A DNA stretch of 26,315 bases from a virus (lineage: Duplodnaviria; Caudoviricetes): positions 1 to 26,315 of IMG/VR virus record IMGVR_UViG_3300037470_000043, one strand, 5' to 3'. A program made the translations under genes and the position numbers. The notes beneath the pieces were generated by a model. That model was not told the DNA's origin, searched no databases, and worked only from the letters and a program-made list of their open reading frames with translations. Below, piece by piece: positions 16,205-24,853 of the stretch (the first letter of the stretch is position 1; every line of letters starts with the position of its first letter).

Positions 16205-18156
16205 CGCTTCACTCCTTGCACCATTATGTATTGATGGTAGGTATACAGACGATTAGGACTTCCATGAACGTAGCTCATTGAATGCCTTAACTGAAGCTGA
16301 AAAGTATGCGTACCGGCCGTAGTTATGGTAACAGCTTGACCCGTAGATGTCATCTTAGGTTGACCTATTTGCACATAGGTGACTTGACCTAACGCATTTG
16401 TTGTAGCTGTTGCTTGTGTCGCAAATATACGGGTATCATTTACGGCATAAACGCCATTTCGTAATACTCTTAGATCAACATAGTGCGCATATTGGCTCAT
16501 CTGCCCGTTAGCGGAACAGTGCGCTCCACACAGCACCATAAAAGTTAGAGGCCCATGAACTAGATCAATTGCATTAACTGTAATAGATACCTGGCAATTA
16601 TAAGTTATCCAGTTATAGTTATTCAACAGCACATAGTCAGCGGCATTAGAGGCGCCTGCAACTATCCCGACCGAATTTCCTGCTATGTGTAACGTGCCAA
16701 TAATAGCGTTGTCAATATAAGTAGCATTATTAATCGAATTCAGCCCCGCTAACGCCCCAAGACCTAGTGCATCTAAATCTATCCCCCCACTACCTAAAAT
16801 AACATTCCCGGCAGGATCAAAAATTTCAATGCCTATTGCGGTGTCCCCTGCATTTAACCTACCTAATCGTACGCGCAACTGTCGGGGAGTTTGCTTGTCG
16901 TAAATCGAAATACAATCCTGCGTTCCGTCGAGTTCTATATTCCCTTCGTTACCAAGAAACAAACGATTCAAAATCGCTGAATCTGCAAGTAGTTTATTAG
17001 CTGACAGATTCGCAATATGAGCATCACCAAAAACACCTGTCCCAACCCACAAGTCAACGTTATCAACGTCAATACGTTCAGGAATAAGAAAACCTGAAAC
17101 GCTGTCGATAAGAGTTCCTAGACCACTACCTGAAGTATCTCCGTGAATACCTATAAACATTCCTGTTACGTTAGCAGGAACATCTACACTAAAGCCATAA
17201 AGCGCATAAGACGTCGTTGGATTAAAATTATGCCAGCCGCTACTACCATCATCATGAGCTGTTATCCATCCAAGCGAGACAGCGACTTCAGTCGCAGGAG
17301 CAACTGTAGGCTGTTTAGCCATGAACTGAATACGAACACGATTACCGCGGAAAATTGAAAATGCTGAAGCCGGAATAGGAAGATAAACAGTTCCAGTAAT
17401 TCCAGTGGAAAGTAAATCAGTTACGACTGAAGTAAACAATCCCGCAACCGCTCCGGTGTAAGAATCCGCTGAAGCTGTTATATCACATCCAGTTTGCTGA
17501 ATCCAGAGATCAAAATCAGTTGACTCAAATCCGTTATAAATCGACGTAGCCATGTTCTGCACGTCGCCGATCGTAAGTCCTTCTTCGTCTTCTTGCACTG
17601 GTGTAGGTTCAATAACAATAGTCCCGTCACCAGTGAAGTTATGATAATGCGCAGAAGCGTGACGAATCCTAGCTTCTGTTTGCGCTAGATGATCAAGTGA
17701 AACACCTGCAAGAATAAACTGACCGTTAAAAAGCTCGGCTGAAATTCCTGTTACGATGTAAGCATTTTCGGAAATTTTAAACACGTGCTCTTCAGGATCA
17801 TATACTACCTTACAACTCTCATTAGTAAAATAAGCATATTCTCCGTTAGTAATTCCTGACCACCTCCCCCCTTCCGGAAGATCAGCCAGAAGCAATTCAA
17901 ACACGCCATCATCATAGCGATAAATAGCGTTGATAGTTAAAACTAAAATCCAGTTACGCCAAAGGAAAAACTGTGGAAAGGGCCAGGCACAATTCAACGC
18001 AGAAACATCTATAGCAGTTAATTTAGAAGGCGTTACTAACTTCCCAGCTTCACCTAAAAGATTAGAAGCTACTGCTAGTGTCTCAGCCCCACTAGAAGTG
18101 TATAACGACTTTCGCAAGCCGTTGAAGTTTTTTATCTTAAAAGTGTATTCTTGCAT
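16201..18156 (-). CDS. Mosaic tail protein: nozzle-like N-terminus, carbohydrate-binding-like domain, and tail-tip/spike C-terminus
   Basis: N-terminal ~160 aa beta-propeller-like (WPFPQFF, GGRWS, YAYFTNE, FNGQFILAG). Central jelly-roll-like region. Then AHIANLSANKL, IYDKQ...LRVRLGRL and IGTLHIAGNSV, resembling central tail-fibre C-termini. Confidence 0.55.
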   Translation of the reverse strand: MQEYTFKIKNFNGLRKSLYTSSGAETLAVASNLLGEAGKLVTPSKLTAIDVSALNCAWPFPQFFLWRNWILVLTINAIYRYDDGVFELLLADLPEGGRWSGITNGEYAYFTNESCKVVYDPEEHVFKISENAYIVTGISAELFNGQFILAGVSLDHLAQTEARIRHASAHYHNFTGDGTIVIEPTPVQEDEEGLTIGDVQNMATSIYNGFESTDFDLWIQQTGCDITASADSYTGAVAGLFTSVVTDLLSTGITGTVYLPIPASAFSIFRGNRVRIQFMAKQPTVAPATEVAVSLGWITAHDDGSSGWHNFNPTTSYALYGFSVDVPANVTGMFIGIHGDTSGSGLGTLIDSVSGFLIPERIDVDNVDLWVGTGVFGDAHIANLSANKLLADSAILNRLFLGNEGNIELDGTQDCISIYDKQTPRQLRVRLGRLNAGDTAIGIEIFDPAGNVILGSGGIDLDALGLGALAGLNSINNATYIDNAIIGTLHIAGNSVGIVAGASNAADYVLLNNYNWITYNCQVSITVNAIDLVHGPLTFMVLCGAHCSANGQMSQYAHYVDLRVLRNGVYAVNDTRIFATQATATTNALGQVTYVQIGQPKMTSTGQAVTITTAGTHTFQLQLRHSMSYVHGSPNRLYTYHQYIMVQGVKR

Positions 18157-18158
18157 TA

Positions 18159-18551
18159 TTAGAATACTCCGTTAAACCTACCGTCAAGTTCCTTACGCCC
18201 TGGCTTCGGCCCTACATTGGTTTGGCGCGAGATAGTATGACCGTTACGTAATCTACGTGAAGCTTCCGTAAGCACCTGCTCCATTGAATACTCCGGATGC
18301 TCGGTCTCCACCATTTGCGTAATACGCGCAAGCTGTTGCTTCTGCCCTCGCATGTCAGCGTTTTTCTCATAGAAACTATCAAGCTGTTGCTGCGCATGGG
18401 CACCGTGTTCCATCAGTTGCTTAAGGACATTAGGAAGAATACGAAGAACAGCTTCTACAGCTTTCTGCGTAAAATGCTCTTCCAAGTCTTTCAAAACCGT
18501 AGCATCACCGTTAGCAGCACGTTGGATTAAGCTAGCTATATTAAGTGTCAT
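18159..18551 (-). CDS. Helical protein paralogous to the scaffold C-terminal domain
   Basis: Ungapped similarity to the scaffold at 21063-21992 (LP-x17-DxFY-x9-KQ-x13-P). SD GGAGG; coupled to the adaptor gene. Confidence 0.65.
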   Translation of the reverse strand: MTLNIASLIQRAANGDATVLKDLEEHFTQKAVEAVLRILPNVLKQLMEHGAHAQQQLDSFYEKNADMRGQKQQLARITQMVETEHPEYSMEQVLTEASRRLRNGHTISRQTNVGPKPGRKELDGRFNGVF

Positions 18552-19246
18552 CTGAGATCCTCCCCTAACACTTCCTGCTCAATCATATCCATCTCCAGCG
18601 CAGAAAGTTCTTGATTAATTCCACTAAGCCAATCATTAGCTCCAGTTGTATTGCGATTAAAAATTTCGAGTTTGTAAAGAGCGGCCATTAAAAGCAGATC
18701 AGGATAGTTAATCGTCCAGAAGTTAGTATCCGTTGAAAGCGTAAGAAACGTAGATTCAAACAGACCTACAATTTCGATTACGTAATTAGCGTCAGTAGGA
18801 TTAAAAACGATGCCGTTGTAAGTAGCATCATCCACTTGCACATGCTGAATAAACTGACCCAGAGAGTTAAAAGCCGTAAGCTCAGTAGCACGAAGATTTA
18901 TCAACGTATAATAAGCCGGTCGAGTTACCGCGACTGAGTTGGCTAAACCCGCAAAAGCCGTATAAAACTCAGGTGCAGTAAGAAACTGTAACTTAGTTCT
19001 CGCAACTGCATCTGACACCCAAACTTCTTTAACAGCTCGACAGCGTGTAAAGAGAAACTTAAACGCCTGTGCTGAGACTGTTCCGAAACAAGTAGCACTA
19101 GACTTCAAGTGCTGCACCCCTTTATCCAGGAACCTTACACCTGCCTGAATGAAGAAATCTGCGCCGTTGTCCGTCATATCCTCGTTCTGCAAATCATACC
19201 TGCCAGAACGTTCGACAAATAAATTACGGATTTCAAACAGGGTCAT
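18548..19246 (-). CDS. Head-tail adaptor / tail tubular protein A-like
   Basis: First gene after the capsid gene. Motifs MTLFEIR...DFFIQAG, RPAYY and TNFWTINYPDLLLMAAL are typical of podovirus adaptor proteins. Confidence 0.75.
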   Translation of the reverse strand: MTLFEIRNLFVERSGRYDLQNEDMTDNGADFFIQAGVRFLDKGVQHLKSSATCFGTVSAQAFKFLFTRCRAVKEVWVSDAVARTKLQFLTAPEFYTAFAGLANSVAVTRPAYYTLINLRATELTAFNSLGQFIQHVQVDDATYNGIVFNPTDANYVIEIVGLFESTFLTLSTDTNFWTINYPDLLLMAALYKLEIFNRNTTGANDWLSGINQELSALEMDMIEQEVLGEDLR

Positions 19247-19254
19247 AAAAGCTC

Positions 19255-19277
19255 CTATGGAACAATTTGTTACATAG
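19255..19277. repeat. 23-bp palindromic motif, copy 5
   Basis: CTATGGAACA ATT TGTTACATAG, lying between the post-capsid hairpin and the adaptor SD (TAGGAG). Confidence 0.9.
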
Positions 19278-19306
19278 GGGAGTTGAGAATAACTCCCAAC
19301 TCCCCT
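19276..19306 (-). terminator. Hairpin after the major capsid gene (weak terminator or mRNA stabiliser)
   Basis: AGGGGAGTTG/CAACTCCCCT 10-bp stem, extendable by GGA/TCT. No U-tract follows. Confidence 0.65.
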
Positions 19307-19326
19307 GAGAATATATTAGTTCCTTA

Positions 19327-20631
19327 TTACGAAGGCGACCCGTTAGTCGCACCGAAACCAGTCATCAGCGCACATTTCTGCGGATGATGATGTTCCAGGC
19401 CGGCTTCAGTCAACCATTCTTCGGCAGTACCGTCGTAGCGAGTTTTACCGGTGTTTTGTTTCTCGCCTTCGCCGTAGAACGTAGTGTCAGTGATATGACG
19501 ATAACGAAGATCGGAACCGTCGAAGATTACCAGAGTGTTACGATCAGTCGCTTCAAACGAGAACAACGGGTGACGTTTGAAATTGATCTGGCCGAACGGA
19601 GTTTTAAACTTGGTCACAGCCATACCGAAGGTAGTGGTGGTGTCGTCGATCTGATAGTTGCCCTTGGCTTTGATGATCTTGTTCAGCGCCAGGATGACAC
19701 CAGAGCCGCAGAAGGCATCGCGATCGGAGCCGCCATGACGGAAGATCTGCTCAAGATAGTAATCGAGCCACTCCTCACCCGCGTCGACGAAGTACTTGTT
19801 CTGGAAGGCTACATTGGTCTCAGCTGCGAAGTCAGTGACGATCGCACCATTAGCCGTGTTCTGGCGAATGAAGTTGATCAGACCCAAAGTGGTTCGTTCC
19901 GGCTTACCGTTGTCGCCGACGTTTTCGGTCTTAATCCCCCACAGAAAAGCTTTTTCCATTTCGATGCCGTGGAGTTCGAGGGCTTCGCGCTTGGCTTCTT
20001 TATAAGCCTCGCCGGTGCGCAGATTCGTTCTCCGTGCAGTACGGGAGATTTCCAGGGGAGTCCGAAAGATCTGGGTCAGGTTATAGAACTTCGTCGGATC
20101 GTACGCAATGGCCGACGGCATGGCGCCCATTTCAGCATTGATGCTGCCGATGACCAGAATACGATCAGCATCGGAAATATCACCTGCAGATGAATTATCA
20201 TCATCTTCGAGCAACCGAACAGTGATAACAGAAGTAGCCCCGTTTTTCAAAACGTCAAGACATTTACCGACACAGTCGACAGTCAGATCAGACTCGTCGC
20301 GAAGCAGGACCTGATGACCGGAACGGAAATGTTCAGCAGTAGCCAACGGGACTTTACAATACAAAACAGTACCGGCAACGCCGCCAGAAGTGTAGGCCGA
20401 AGAAAGAAGCGAATCAGTGTAGGTAGTCGTAATCGCCCCACCTTGTACAGGAAGTGCTTTAGTCCACCAGTAAAACTCCGGATCATCAGTAGCTTCAGAC
20501 TTCATCAGCGAAGTCAAACCAGTCAACGGCATTTCACCGTCAGGGTAAACACGCAGAAGCTGATTACGCCAGTTCTTCGGCCGCTGATCAGCTACGAAAT
20601 CATTGGAACCACGAACACCAAGAAGAGACAT
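19327..20631 (-). CDS. Major capsid protein (DUF5309/SU10-type, HK97 fold)
   Basis: 434 aa. Motifs YNLTQIFRTPLEISRT, EALELHGIEMEKAFLWG, FGMAVTKFKTPFGQI and EEWLTEAGLE. Located downstream of the scaffold and followed by a hairpin. Confidence 0.88.
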   Translation of the reverse strand: MSLLGVRGSNDFVADQRPKNWRNQLLRVYPDGEMPLTGLTSLMKSEATDDPEFYWWTKALPVQGGAITTTYTDSLLSSAYTSGGVAGTVLYCKVPLATAEHFRSGHQVLLRDESDLTVDCVGKCLDVLKNGATSVITVRLLEDDDNSSAGDISDADRILVIGSINAEMGAMPSAIAYDPTKFYNLTQIFRTPLEISRTARRTNLRTGEAYKEAKREALELHGIEMEKAFLWGIKTENVGDNGKPERTTLGLINFIRQNTANGAIVTDFAAETNVAFQNKYFVDAGEEWLDYYLEQIFRHGGSDRDAFCGSGVILALNKIIKAKGNYQIDDTTTTFGMAVTKFKTPFGQINFKRHPLFSFEATDRNTLVIFDGSDLRYRHITDTTFYGEGEKQNTGKTRYDGTAEEWLTEAGLEHHHPQKCALMTGFGATNGSPS

Positions 20632-20666
20632 TTTGAGTATCCTTTCAAAAAGAAGCTGAAGTTAGA

Positions 20667-21050
20667 TTACGAGAAGGCAACAGCGCCCAGGTTTTCAACG
20701 ATCAGAAAACGAGTGTCAGAAACACCGTAGAGAACCAAAGATTCAGCAGCGGCATTAAAAGTAGCCACATCGTTGGTGCCGTCGAAAGTGCCAGCAGCCA
20801 AAGTGACTGTGTGGCCGGCAGTACCCCCGTCGACCTGAGTAATTACAAGAAACCGGCCAGGACGGGGCTTGGCGATAGTTGCCGCAATCAACGGAGTAGT
20901 GCTGCTGAGTTGCACGAGTTCAGCATACTCGTTGATAGCCCCATTAGCAGTGGCAGTAACCAACTGAACTTTCTGCCGCTCAGTAGCACGGTCATATATC
21001 GGATGCCCTATTACATCCTGATTAAGCTGTTTAGCAAAAGTGTCACCCAT
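20667..21050 (-). CDS. Putative capsid decoration / minor head protein
   Basis: 127-aa Ala/Thr/Gly-rich beta protein between scaffold and capsid. SD AAGGAG. Confidence 0.55.
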   Translation of the reverse strand: MGDTFAKQLNQDVIGHPIYDRATERQKVQLVTATANGAINEYAELVQLSSTTPLIAATIAKPRPGRFLVITQVDGGTAGHTVTLAAGTFDGTNDVATFNAAAESLVLYGVSDTRFLIVENLGAVAFS

Positions 21051-21062
21051 GATGGAACTCCT

Positions 21063-21992
21063 TTAAGAAAATAGATCGTTAATTTCCTGTTCAATTTTTG
21101 ACGTCTTCACAGTAGCAGGAGCATTACGTGAAGAAGCCGTACGAGGCAACGCAGTGGATTGAGCCGTCACAACAGGCGTTACTGGTGTATTCACCGAACC
21201 TGTCGGAGCTTGGGCAGGCAAGTTCAACTTCGCATACGCCATATCCGCAATTTGCGGAAGGATAGAATCAAGCGTTGCTTGGGGATTGGCCGTTTGCAGG
21301 TCGTTAGCAACTAAGCCAACAACTTGCTTAAAATTAGCCAACACAGGGTGTGCTTGGTAAAACTGATCTATGGATTTCTCCATTGAAATAGTCTGCCGAA
21401 TCGCAGGTTGAACCAATGTAGGGAGAGCAGTCACTAACGCATGAAGCTGCTCCATCATCGGTCCAATTGCCGCAGATACGGCACTGTTCAAAACCTGGTT
21501 AAACAATTCAGGTTTTGAAACAACTTCATCAATATCAAGATCCCCAAGAAAATCCTGTGTTTCCCGAGTATCTTTCCCAGCCTGAGGCGTAGGTGGAGTC
21601 GCCGCTTCAGTAGGCTTAACGGAAGATACTGCTTGAGCTTGAGCTAGTTTAGTCGAAAGCTCTTCGAGTTGATTACGAAGAGTTGTTAATGGATCATCAG
21701 GAGTAGCAGTTGCCGGAGTTGCCGGAGTTGCCGGATCTACTACAGGCTCAACTGGAATAGTTGCAGGTGCTGTTGAATCTGCAGGCACAGTAGCTCCAGC
21801 CACCACTGCAGCAGGCTCAGGTGGCTCAGGCGGATCAAGAGGCGTCGCGGGATCAGCTGGAGGATCAGCCGGAAGCTCTTCTTTCCCGTCCCCCCCAGGC
21901 GCGAACAAATCTTCAAAGTCTTCGTCAAAAATATCTAACTGATTATTCCGGTTAACTTTCTTCAGTTTTCTCCACATCCCCGTCCGAATCAT
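21063..21992 (-). CDS. Capsid scaffolding protein
   Basis: Acidic and Pro/Ala/Thr-rich N-half, coiled coil and helical C-terminus, between portal and capsid. SD GGAGG. Confidence 0.75.
   Translation of the reverse strand: MIRTGMWRKLKKVNRNNQLDIFDEDFEDLFAPGGDGKEELPADPPADPATPLDPPEPPEPAAVVAGATVPADSTAPATIPVEPVVDPATPATPATATPDDPLTTLRNQLEELSTKLAQAQAVSSVKPTEAATPPTPQAGKDTRETQDFLGDLDIDEVVSKPELFNQVLNSAVSAAIGPMMEQLHALVTALPTLVQPAIRQTISMEKSIDQFYQAHPVLANFKQVVGLVANDLQTANPQATLDSILPQIADMAYAKLNLPAQAPTGSVNTPVTPVVTAQSTALPRTASSRNAPATVKTSKIEQEINDLFS
21708..21734. repeat. 3 x 9-bp tandem repeat AGTTGCCGG (PAT x3 in the scaffold)
   Basis: Read directly from the sequence. Confidence 0.85.
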
Positions 21993-22245
21993 ACTCAGCC
22001 TCCATGGTTAGAATATTTATAATAGTATCCGGAAGCTGCATTAAATCGCGCGCGGAGCGAATACAGCCTCGAATAACAGCGGTCTCAACATCACTCAAAC
22101 TTGGGTCTTCTAAATTATGATGCGCGTTACTAATCCAAAGCTCCATTTCCTGCAGCATATCTTGCCAGAGCAACGAGTCCTTAAACTGCTCAAACTGCCC
22201 CCGAGTGCAGCGATACCCCGTCTTCTTTGGAACATTTTGTTCCAT
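21952..22245 (-). CDS. Small head-assembly-region protein
   Basis: 97-aa helical ORF between portal and scaffold, a common podovirus position. Its ATG lies inside palindrome copy 6. Confidence 0.65.
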   Translation of the reverse strand: MEQNVPKKTGYRCTRGQFEQFKDSLLWQDMLQEMELWISNAHHNLEDPSLSDVETAVIRGCIRSARDLMQLPDTIINILTMEAEYDSDGDVEKTEES

Positions 22246-22247
22246 AG
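22225..22247. repeat. 23-bp palindromic motif, copy 6
   Basis: CTTTGGAACA TTT TGTTCCATAG, immediately after the portal stop codon. Confidence 0.9.
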
Positions 22248-24182
22248 TTATATCATCCCTTCTTGCGCTGCTTGCGCTACTGGAATTATGTTACCTTTTT
22301 GAGCTTCTTGCATTACTTCTTCATTCGACGCTGTCGAAGTTCGAATAAATTCGTCAACGTTTTTCGCGCCGTTATTCCTTGCAATGTGCTTGAAGATCCT
22401 AGCCACATCAAACTTCTGCCCAAGCTCAGGTTGCTTGGTAATGATTTCAAACATACGTTCCCAGACTTGAGAATAGTTACTTCCAGGAAGCTCACCGCTA
22501 CTAATGATTACATCATAAGCAATAGACAAATCAGACGGCTTAACAGCAAAACGTGTCGGAGCATTTAATCCATACTCAGACTGCAGCCGTTCCAGCCAAT
22601 CACCAGAAACTTTAATAAACGTCTCTTGGGTCATAAACTGCTGCGTATGAGACGCGAAGAACTCACCAATGTCGTTCAAGCCCTGATAGGCCAGAATCTG
22701 CGCTATCCGGTTTAAGCGAGAAAAAGCTCCCTGCCGAGTACCCTGAAACTCTTCACCTGTAAGCCGCTCAGGCCCACCTTGTCGCAAAGAGCCCATCGAG
22801 CCATCGTCAGCACCACCAATTCTCTGCATCCACTGTACGATGAAAGCAGAATCTGCTACATGGCCACGTGTAACATCGGACACAGGGAGCTGCATGATAG
22901 AATCTTTCACGCCCTTACCCCACGCAGGTCTGCGTGTACGGACAAGTTTGCCTTCTTCAGGATTCTTCAAATCCTCGCTATTAAGCAGAAAAGGATCATA
23001 GATTAATACATCGTTAATAGCTTTACGTACGTTGGTGATGTGTGCGTTGAAGAGCCAGTCAAGCGTACCTTGCAGTCCAAACAACGTCTCAAGTCGCGAT
23101 ATCGGAGTAGTTGAATATCCGTCAAACTCAGGCGCTACAGTGGCAATAGGAAACTGATCATGCCAGAGCCCAAGAGGTTTAGCTTCGATAAGGATAGAAT
23201 CTCCAGCTACAGTAAGCATCCACTTTTCGGGATAATCACTAGTCCCAAGACCATGCTTGCTGGGGATTAGTTTCACATACATGATGATTTTATCAACAGG
23301 GTTGACTACAGCATCGTTCTCAATGGTACCGAGATTTGTTTTAGTATTCCGCCCTGACGGATCATCAGACATTATACAAGTTCTACGAACCCCTAAGTGC
23401 TCAAGATACCTAGCATTAAAAATTCCGTTTTCAGAATCCTTCTCATCTGATAAGATGTTCATGACGTTAGTAGATTCAATCCAACCTACAAACTCGCCAT
23501 CCTGTACCCGTTGGATAGGGACAGAAGGGTCAAGAAGCAGTTTGTACGGATCGATATTAACTAACCCATTACCTTCAAAGGCCAGGTTAGTAGCCGAATC
23601 CCCTGCCAACCCATTCATCATACCCTCAAGAGCTGTCGACTGTTTAGGCTTTTTATTCGTCTTACGCACCCAGATAGGTGCCGCTGAGCCTACTCCATAC
23701 GCCAATGCGTCTCGAAAAAATGTATGAAGAGCAAGTGGAACTTTAGTCTTCTGCGCATGAACTTGGTTAACGTGCTGTAGGAGCTGAGCACCTATCACAT
23801 CCTCAGGCCCAACTCCCTCGTAACGAAAAATCGGATCCTGAAAAAATACGGCACAAAGGTAGCTGAGCAAGGTTTCCATAATTGCGTAAGAGTACGGAAA
23901 CACAATCGAAACGGGCTTACGTTTGTCCCGAAGTTTAAGTTCTTTTTCTTTATCACTAAGTACGATATACCCCGTAAGAACGTGATCTATCTCACGCCAC
24001 GACGAATGCCGCCCTGTCATCACATTAGCACTTGCCCGTGCACGATCCATGACAAGCTTAACAAGCTCCTCGTGCTGTTTCGAACCTGGTTTTAAATTCA
24101 ACTCATTCGGATACGAATAATCATAATTCACGTCTTTGAAGTTTACCTGTGTACGTGTATTAGTGTTAATGACAACAGGCAT
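22248..24182 (-). CDS. Portal protein
   Basis: ~644 aa directly after TerL. Motifs FFRDALAYGVG, IDPYKLLLDP, LQGTLDWLFNAHITNVRKAIN and ERLTGEE. Start set at ATG 24182 after SD AGGGAG. Confidence 0.88.
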   Translation of the reverse strand: MPVVINTNTRTQVNFKDVNYDYSYPNELNLKPGSKQHEELVKLVMDRARASANVMTGRHSSWREIDHVLTGYIVLSDKEKELKLRDKRKPVSIVFPYSYAIMETLLSYLCAVFFQDPIFRYEGVGPEDVIGAQLLQHVNQVHAQKTKVPLALHTFFRDALAYGVGSAAPIWVRKTNKKPKQSTALEGMMNGLAGDSATNLAFEGNGLVNIDPYKLLLDPSVPIQRVQDGEFVGWIESTNVMNILSDEKDSENGIFNARYLEHLGVRRTCIMSDDPSGRNTKTNLGTIENDAVVNPVDKIIMYVKLIPSKHGLGTSDYPEKWMLTVAGDSILIEAKPLGLWHDQFPIATVAPEFDGYSTTPISRLETLFGLQGTLDWLFNAHITNVRKAINDVLIYDPFLLNSEDLKNPEEGKLVRTRRPAWGKGVKDSIMQLPVSDVTRGHVADSAFIVQWMQRIGGADDGSMGSLRQGGPERLTGEEFQGTRQGAFSRLNRIAQILAYQGLNDIGEFFASHTQQFMTQETFIKVSGDWLERLQSEYGLNAPTRFAVKPSDLSIAYDVIISSGELPGSNYSQVWERMFEIITKQPELGQKFDVARIFKHIARNNGAKNVDEFIRTSTASNEEVMQEAQKGNIIPVAQAAQEGMI

Positions 24183-24198
24183 AGTGTAACTCCCTAAC

Positions 24199-24221
24199 CT
24201 ATGTAACAATTTGTTCCACAG
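24199..24221. repeat. 23-bp palindromic motif, copy 7
   Basis: CTATGTAACA ATT TGTTCCACAG, between TerL and portal. Confidence 0.9.
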
Positions 24222-24233
24222 GTAAATTAAAAA

Positions 24234-24853
24234 CTATATTCGATGACAACTGGTTTGATCAAACGCCGGCTCATTCTCAAGCTCAGCGTATTCATCCGCA
24301 CCGTCAGGTAAGTCAACAGGGTCAAAATAAATCGCTTCCTTTTCCATTACCTTCACAATATAAGCTGCCGCATCCATTACGTCAAACTTACGAGCACGTG
24401 GAAAAGTTAAGAGCTGTTGTTCTAGCTTTTGACAAATCGCAGGGTTATGGTAGATGTAACCTTGACGATAAAACGGGGCTAGCCAAGCAATCCGTTCTTC
24501 TTTTTTTCCTGTCGCATTTAACTCAAGCAAAAGCGGAAAGATTCCACGCTTACGCATTTCGTTTTTAATCGGCTGAACAATAAATTCGTGAAGCGATGTT
24601 ACTTCAATCGCTAAGATCGTAGCCTTAAGCCTCACAACCATTGCGAACATTTCATCGTAAAGCTGATCAGGGTAGAATCGATCTGCCACGCAATCACGAA
24701 AATACATTCGCTTCGAAGTTCGATCAATTCCCCAACCGACTATAGCTGAGTCAGCTGAATGTAGCTCAACTGTCTTAGCCGGATCGACGATTACCACGTT
24801 GGTTAATATCGGCTTTTGCTTTGTATTAGCAGCCAACAAGCTCGACTTCATCA
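24234..24853 (-). CDS. terL: Terminase large subunit, C-terminal RNase H-like nuclease domain (+1 frame relative to the ATPase part)
   Basis: Acidic catalytic motifs VVIVDPA, DSAIVGWG, LAIEV, KKEERI and FPRARKFDVMDAAAY. The start is uncertain. Confidence 0.85.

Noticed and set aside
19384-20193. 269-aa + strand ORF and other antisense or shadow ORFs (e.g. 64-663, 20314-20730, 23257-23727, 11784-12050)
   Set aside because: They lie opposite or inside well-supported genes, lack motifs or an SD, and are explained by codon bias of the real gene.
21708-21734. Tandem repeat as a contingency locus
   Set aside because: It is an in-frame 9-bp repeat in a Pro/Ala/Thr linker, which is ordinary low complexity.
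6327-24221. Palindromes as a CRISPR array or LexA boxes
   Set aside because: Copies are kilobases apart with no spacers and no cas genes. The core is GAAC-N5-GTTC or TAAC-N5-GTTA, not the GAAC-N4-GTTC Gram-positive SOS box.
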